Shown: piece by piece, positions 59,691-64,000 of the stretch
Position numbering within the stretch: position 1 is the first letter of the stretch
Layout: each line of letters begins with the position of its first letter
Assembly (NCBI GenBank): GCA_002269645.1
Contig: NIVC01001632.1
Location: 186,001-250,000 of the forward strand
Length of the DNA stretch: 64,000 bases
Reading direction: 5' to 3'
DNA from: Macrostomum lignano
Taxonomy: Eukaryota
Program-made: the position numbers and the translations under genes
Notes under the pieces: model-generated
What the model saw: the letters and a program-made list of their open reading frames with translations, nothing else
Database searches by the model: none
What the model was told of the DNA's origin: nothing

Positions 59691-60734
59691 TTTATAATTC
59701 GAGATTAATAAATTAAAGGTTCTTTAATTTTGCATTTAGGGCCAAGGAAGGCACACTTGTGCAGCTTTCCTGCTCGCTATCAGTCTCGCAGTCATTCGTT
59801 TCTCTATTGGGAATTGTTCTATCAGACATTCTGCTACAGCCGCCTGTCTTGCAGTCATTGCTGCTGTGCCTTGAATGACTCGCTAAGGCAAGCCAAGCGC
59901 CACGGATCTGAGCAGCTGGTCTCTGGCCAGCCAACCACCGTGCAGCGAAGAACAACAGACCGCATGGAGTATAGATATCGTAGAGGCGGAGGTGTTCTCA
60001 AGCTTTGAAGAGTTGAATTAAACTCTATACAGAGTTTTACTCGCTGCCATAGTCGGGTGGCTGCTGCTTCTAGGGGAAGCGGGGCGCAAATTAGCTATTG
60101 TTCTCTTTCCTGGCGAATTTTTAGCCTGGACTGCAACTGAAGCTCCTGGAGGCAAGAGAAATGAGAAGGTGGACTAGAGGGTCAAGCAGCTGTCAGTGGG
60201 GATCCTCTCTGTCAAGGACTTCTAGAGTAAATCATTTGGAAAAGAAACTTCCTTTTCTTGCTTGCTGAAGAACTTATTCCAGAAAAATGTAAAAGAAATA
60301 TAAAACTAGAAACATGAAAAACTCGATTAAAACTCAACAGATTTCCAGTCTCACTTTGATGAAGAGAATGAAGAATTTCGGCCAGTCCAATTTCCACTCC
60401 AGTTGCACGATCTGGAACTCCATGCGTCTGTTTCTATTATAACTTCTCTGTTCCACACAAAACTAGCAAAACTGCGAGCACATTGAGCAGCGCGTGCTGC
60501 CAGTGTGGACTGTCATTGCTGACTTCTTAATGCCTTGAAATTGCTTTACTATTTGTGCGCGAGCTCGGCAGATGTTAGACGGGCGTAGAGAAGGGTTGGG
60601 GAGTGACTCAGGGATCTCAATACCCCTTGATATCAGCGCTGCTAGAAATTATTGCTATTAAATTCTCATTGACAACGTTACGAACTCAAGCCGAAAATTG
60701 TGACAAAAATGTCAGTTCTACTCCTGAATTTGGT

Positions 60735-61410
60735 TCTGACTTTTGCCCCCCCCCGAATTTTGACCCCCCCTATTTTTTTGACCCCTCTAACTTTCCCCCC
60801 CGACTTTGCCCCCCCCCACAACTTCCCCCGAAATTTTGCAGTCCATGACTTTTGCCCCCCCTCCGACTTTTGCCCCCCTCCGACTTTTGCCCCCCTCCGA
60901 CTTTTGCCCCCACCGACTTCTGCCCCCCCCGACTTTTGCCCCCCTATTTTTTGACCCCCCTAACTTTTGCCCCCCCCCCGAATTTTGCCCCCCCTGACCC
61001 CCGACTTTGCCCCCACGACTTCCCCCCAACTTTTGCAGTCCACGACTTTTGCCCCCACCGACTTTTGCCCCCTCAGACTTTTGCCCCCCCCCCCCGAATT
61101 TCTCCCCACGACTTTTGCCCTCCGACTTTTGTCCCCTCCGACTTTTCCCCCCTACAACTTTTGCCCTCCGACTTTTGCCCCCACCGACTTTTGCCCCCAC
61201 CGACTTTTGCCCCCACCGACTTTTGCCCCCACCGACTTTTGCCCCCACCGACTTTTGCCCTCCGACTTTTGCCCCCCTCCGACTTTTGCCCCCTCCGACT
61301 TTTGCCCCCCTACGACTTTTGCCCCCCCTTTTGAAACCTTTCGATTTGCCCCCTGACTTTTGCCTTCCCCGACTTTTGCCCCTTAACTCCCCCCAACTTT
61401 TGCCTCCCGA
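60735..61410. repeat. C-rich CCGACTTTTGCCCCC repeat
   Basis: Degenerate tandem 16-17-bp units. Confidence 0.9.
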
Positions 61411-62414
61411 CCTTAATCCACTTTTAGTATTGGTCACAATATTTACCCAAATATGGAGTCCGCAGTGTAAAAAAATTCTTTACAATATGCGACGATAACA
61501 AGGCACTTAAAGCACTTATCACTCAGTCAAGTGTTGCAGAAAAAGCAGAAGTAAAAGAAAAATTCGTATAAACTTGGAGACTTGACCCGAATTTTGGCCA
61601 ATTCCAGAACTGCACCACCCGCGCCTCACTGCGTAACTACAGGATTTGGAACTTCGGCAGTCTCGGAGACAAAGCTGTTTACTACCATATGAGGACTCCG
61701 CGCACGCTATTCGATAATTCGTCCCTGCTGCGCTGTGAAGATCGGCAATAGGAGAAGATTGATTGCCGGATTTCTTCTTTTAGAAGCAGCGGCAGCGTGT
61801 TAGGCCTCTGGCCGGGGCTTCTTTGTTTGCATTTATTTTTGCCTGTTTTCTCTCCTCCCCCGGCTTCGCACGCACCAGCTTCTCCATCATTCTTGTCTGG
61901 CGAAAGCGCATTTTTTTGTCTCCAAAAAAGAGGGCCAACCCCTAGGCTTCTAAGTGGCGGCTCCCACAGCCGCAACTTGCCGTTGTCTGGCTGGCCAGTT
62001 TCTCTGTGTATCGCTCATCGACTTTTCTCTTTGGAGGACTTCTTTAGTTTTTTTTGTCGTTACTTGAAGCAGAGGCCTGGCCCAGTTGCGGGGTGGCAAC
62101 GGTCTCGCTGTGTCGCTAAGCAGCTGCAGGCTGTTGATCGGGAGAGAGAGAGAGAGCGCGCGCTCGAATGCTTCCATTATTCACGCCATGAGTTGAAGTA
62201 GCGAAACAAGAATGGAAGAAAAGTGTAGCATGAACCGAAATTGCCAGGAAAAGTGTCGAAATGGGCCTAATATGATCAGCTTGAGAGTTGATGAATATCT
62301 TCTGTTGGGGTTGAAAGTTAGAAGTATCTGTTATAATTACTTCGAGTGGCTAAATAATGCTATTCATTTATTGAATATAGTGTCTGTATAAGCCTCACTA
62401 ACAGTTGGCGCAAT

Positions 62415-63095
62415 TTCCAGCAGTTTACTTGAGAATTCCAGCAGTTTACTTGAGAATTCCAGCAGTTTACTTGAGAATTCCAGCAGTTTACTTGAGAGTT
62501 TCAGTAGTGAACCTGAGAATTCCAGTAGTGTACCTGAGAATTCCAGTAGTGTACCTGAGAATTCCAGTAGGGTACCTGAGAATTCCAGTAGTGAACCTGA
62601 GAATTCCAGTAGTGAACCTGAGAATTCCAGTAGTGTACCTGAGAATTCCAGTAGGGTACCTGAGAATTCCAGTAGTGAACCTGAGAATTCCAGTAGGGTA
62701 CCTGAGAATTCCAGTAGTGAACCTGAGAATTCCAGTAGGGTACCTGAGAATTCCAGCAGTTTGTACTTGAGAATTCCAGTAGTGAACCTGAGAATTCCAG
62801 TAGTGTACCTGAGAATTCCAGTAGGGTACCTGAGAATTCCAGTAGTGAACCTGAGAATTCCAGTAGTGAACCTGAGAATTCCAGTAGGGTACCTGAGAAT
62901 TCCAGTAGTGAACCTGAGAATTCCAGTAGTGAACCTGAGAATTCCAGTAGTATACCTGAGAATTCCAGTAGGGTACCTGAGAATTCCAGTAGTGTACCTG
63001 AGAATTCCAGTGGGGTACCTGAGAACTCCAGAAGTGTACCTGAGAATTCCAGTAGTGTACCTGAGAATTCCAGTAGTGTACCTGAGAATTCCAAT
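62415..63095. repeat. 21-bp minisatellite ACCTGAGAATTCCAGTAGTGT
   Basis: About 32 copies. Confidence 0.95.
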
Positions 63096-63932
63096 ACCCG
63101 AGATTGCCCGAGATTGACACAATCGCCTTTATAAAGTAAAAAAACATCGCCGCTTCTCAGGCCTGATTGACAGCAGCCAATCAGGCACGCCTTCACCCGA
63201 CAAAAGCTTAAAAAAGTCCACAGTGCAGCCGTCAGCTCTGACGCCACCCCACCGCCCCAGGTGACACCTTAGCCGCTATCTATTCTAACAGCAGCTCAAA
63301 CTCTTGACAAGAATTCCGCACCTCAGCCAAGATCTCTTCCCATAAACAAGCAGGCCGACAATGAATGACGGTGCAGCAAAGTTCTCTTCTCGCATTCACC
63401 GCCATAATTAGCGATGCAGAACAGAGGCTGAGCCAAGTCCTGCTTTAGTAACGGGCCCGCGCAGATCTTATCCCTCCAAAAATGTGCTGGGGTCAGGCCG
63501 CAGTCACCGCCTTCTATTCTCGTTTCCTTTATCCTATTCAAGGCTCCCCAGTGCTGCCGCTCATGCCAGCGAGTCACGCCTCGTCCCCAGCTCGTATCGG
63601 GCGGCCTGCGTACTCAGCCCCCCCCCCTCAGCCCGGGCCGCACGCACCGCTTCAGTCCTGAGGCGCGCGCTGTTTTGGGAACCAGAAAGAGCGATATAAT
63701 CGGCTAATTCGCATTCAAGTCCACCCGGTGGGAAAGGGGGTGGAGAATGGGGAGACGAGATGAGAGGAAGTCGTGTCGGTGCTTTTAACTCTGCTCAGCT
63801 TTGGCAAATTCAAGTAACTTTGGATTATGAGTAGCTTCTAGCGGTGGGCACTCCTGTTCGACCCAGTGGGTCGGAGATTGCTGACCGGGAAATCAGGGCT
63901 GGAGGCCTGCTCTGTGCTGCCGTGTCCAAGCA

Positions 63933-63934
<2 letters not shown>

Positions 63935-64000
<66 letters not shown>
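63935..64000 (-). repeat. (TATC)n microsatellite running off the window end
   Basis: Tandem array. Confidence 0.95.

Noticed and set aside
60720-61460. TIR-bounded transposon around the C-rich repeat
   Set aside because: Only weak terminal complementarity and no TSD.
61680-63700. Possible minus-strand gene fragments (ORFs 61682..61975, 61950..62177, 63323..63577 and plausible splice sites)
   Set aside because: No recognisable domain and no convincing phase-consistent model reaching a stop; left unannotated.

Overview
Eukaryotic (animal) genomic DNA. Short GC-rich exons are separated by introns and intergenic spacers filled with micro- and minisatellites, which make up roughly 40% of the window by hand-summed array lengths. 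This architecture resembles the flatworm Macrostomum lignano, but that is an inference and was not checked. Most long ORFs in the track are artefacts of tandem repeats. Manual GT-AG splicing with phase-consistent joins gives nine gene models: a CD225/dispanin protein, a reduced tetraspanin-like 4-TM protein, a 10-exon CRACR2A/Rab46-type EF-hand-coiled-coil-Rab GTPase, two head-to-head Ly6/quiver-type three-finger proteins, a class A GPCR, an orphan K/R-rich protein, a GRAM-TM-coiled-coil (GRAMD2-like) protein and a calmodulin-like protein. There are also several MITE-like elements, a tRNA-derived CORE-type SINE with an apparent 5' inversion, and a ~5 kb AT-rich island. No rRNA, intact tRNA, CRISPR array or intact transposase was found. 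I cannot demonstrate a new biological system. The best leads are the orphan basic protein, the one-private-minisatellite-per-intron architecture (including decoy splice-site arrays), the inverted microsatellite brackets around the GPCR, and the co-location of three ER-PM/Ca2+-signalling genes.
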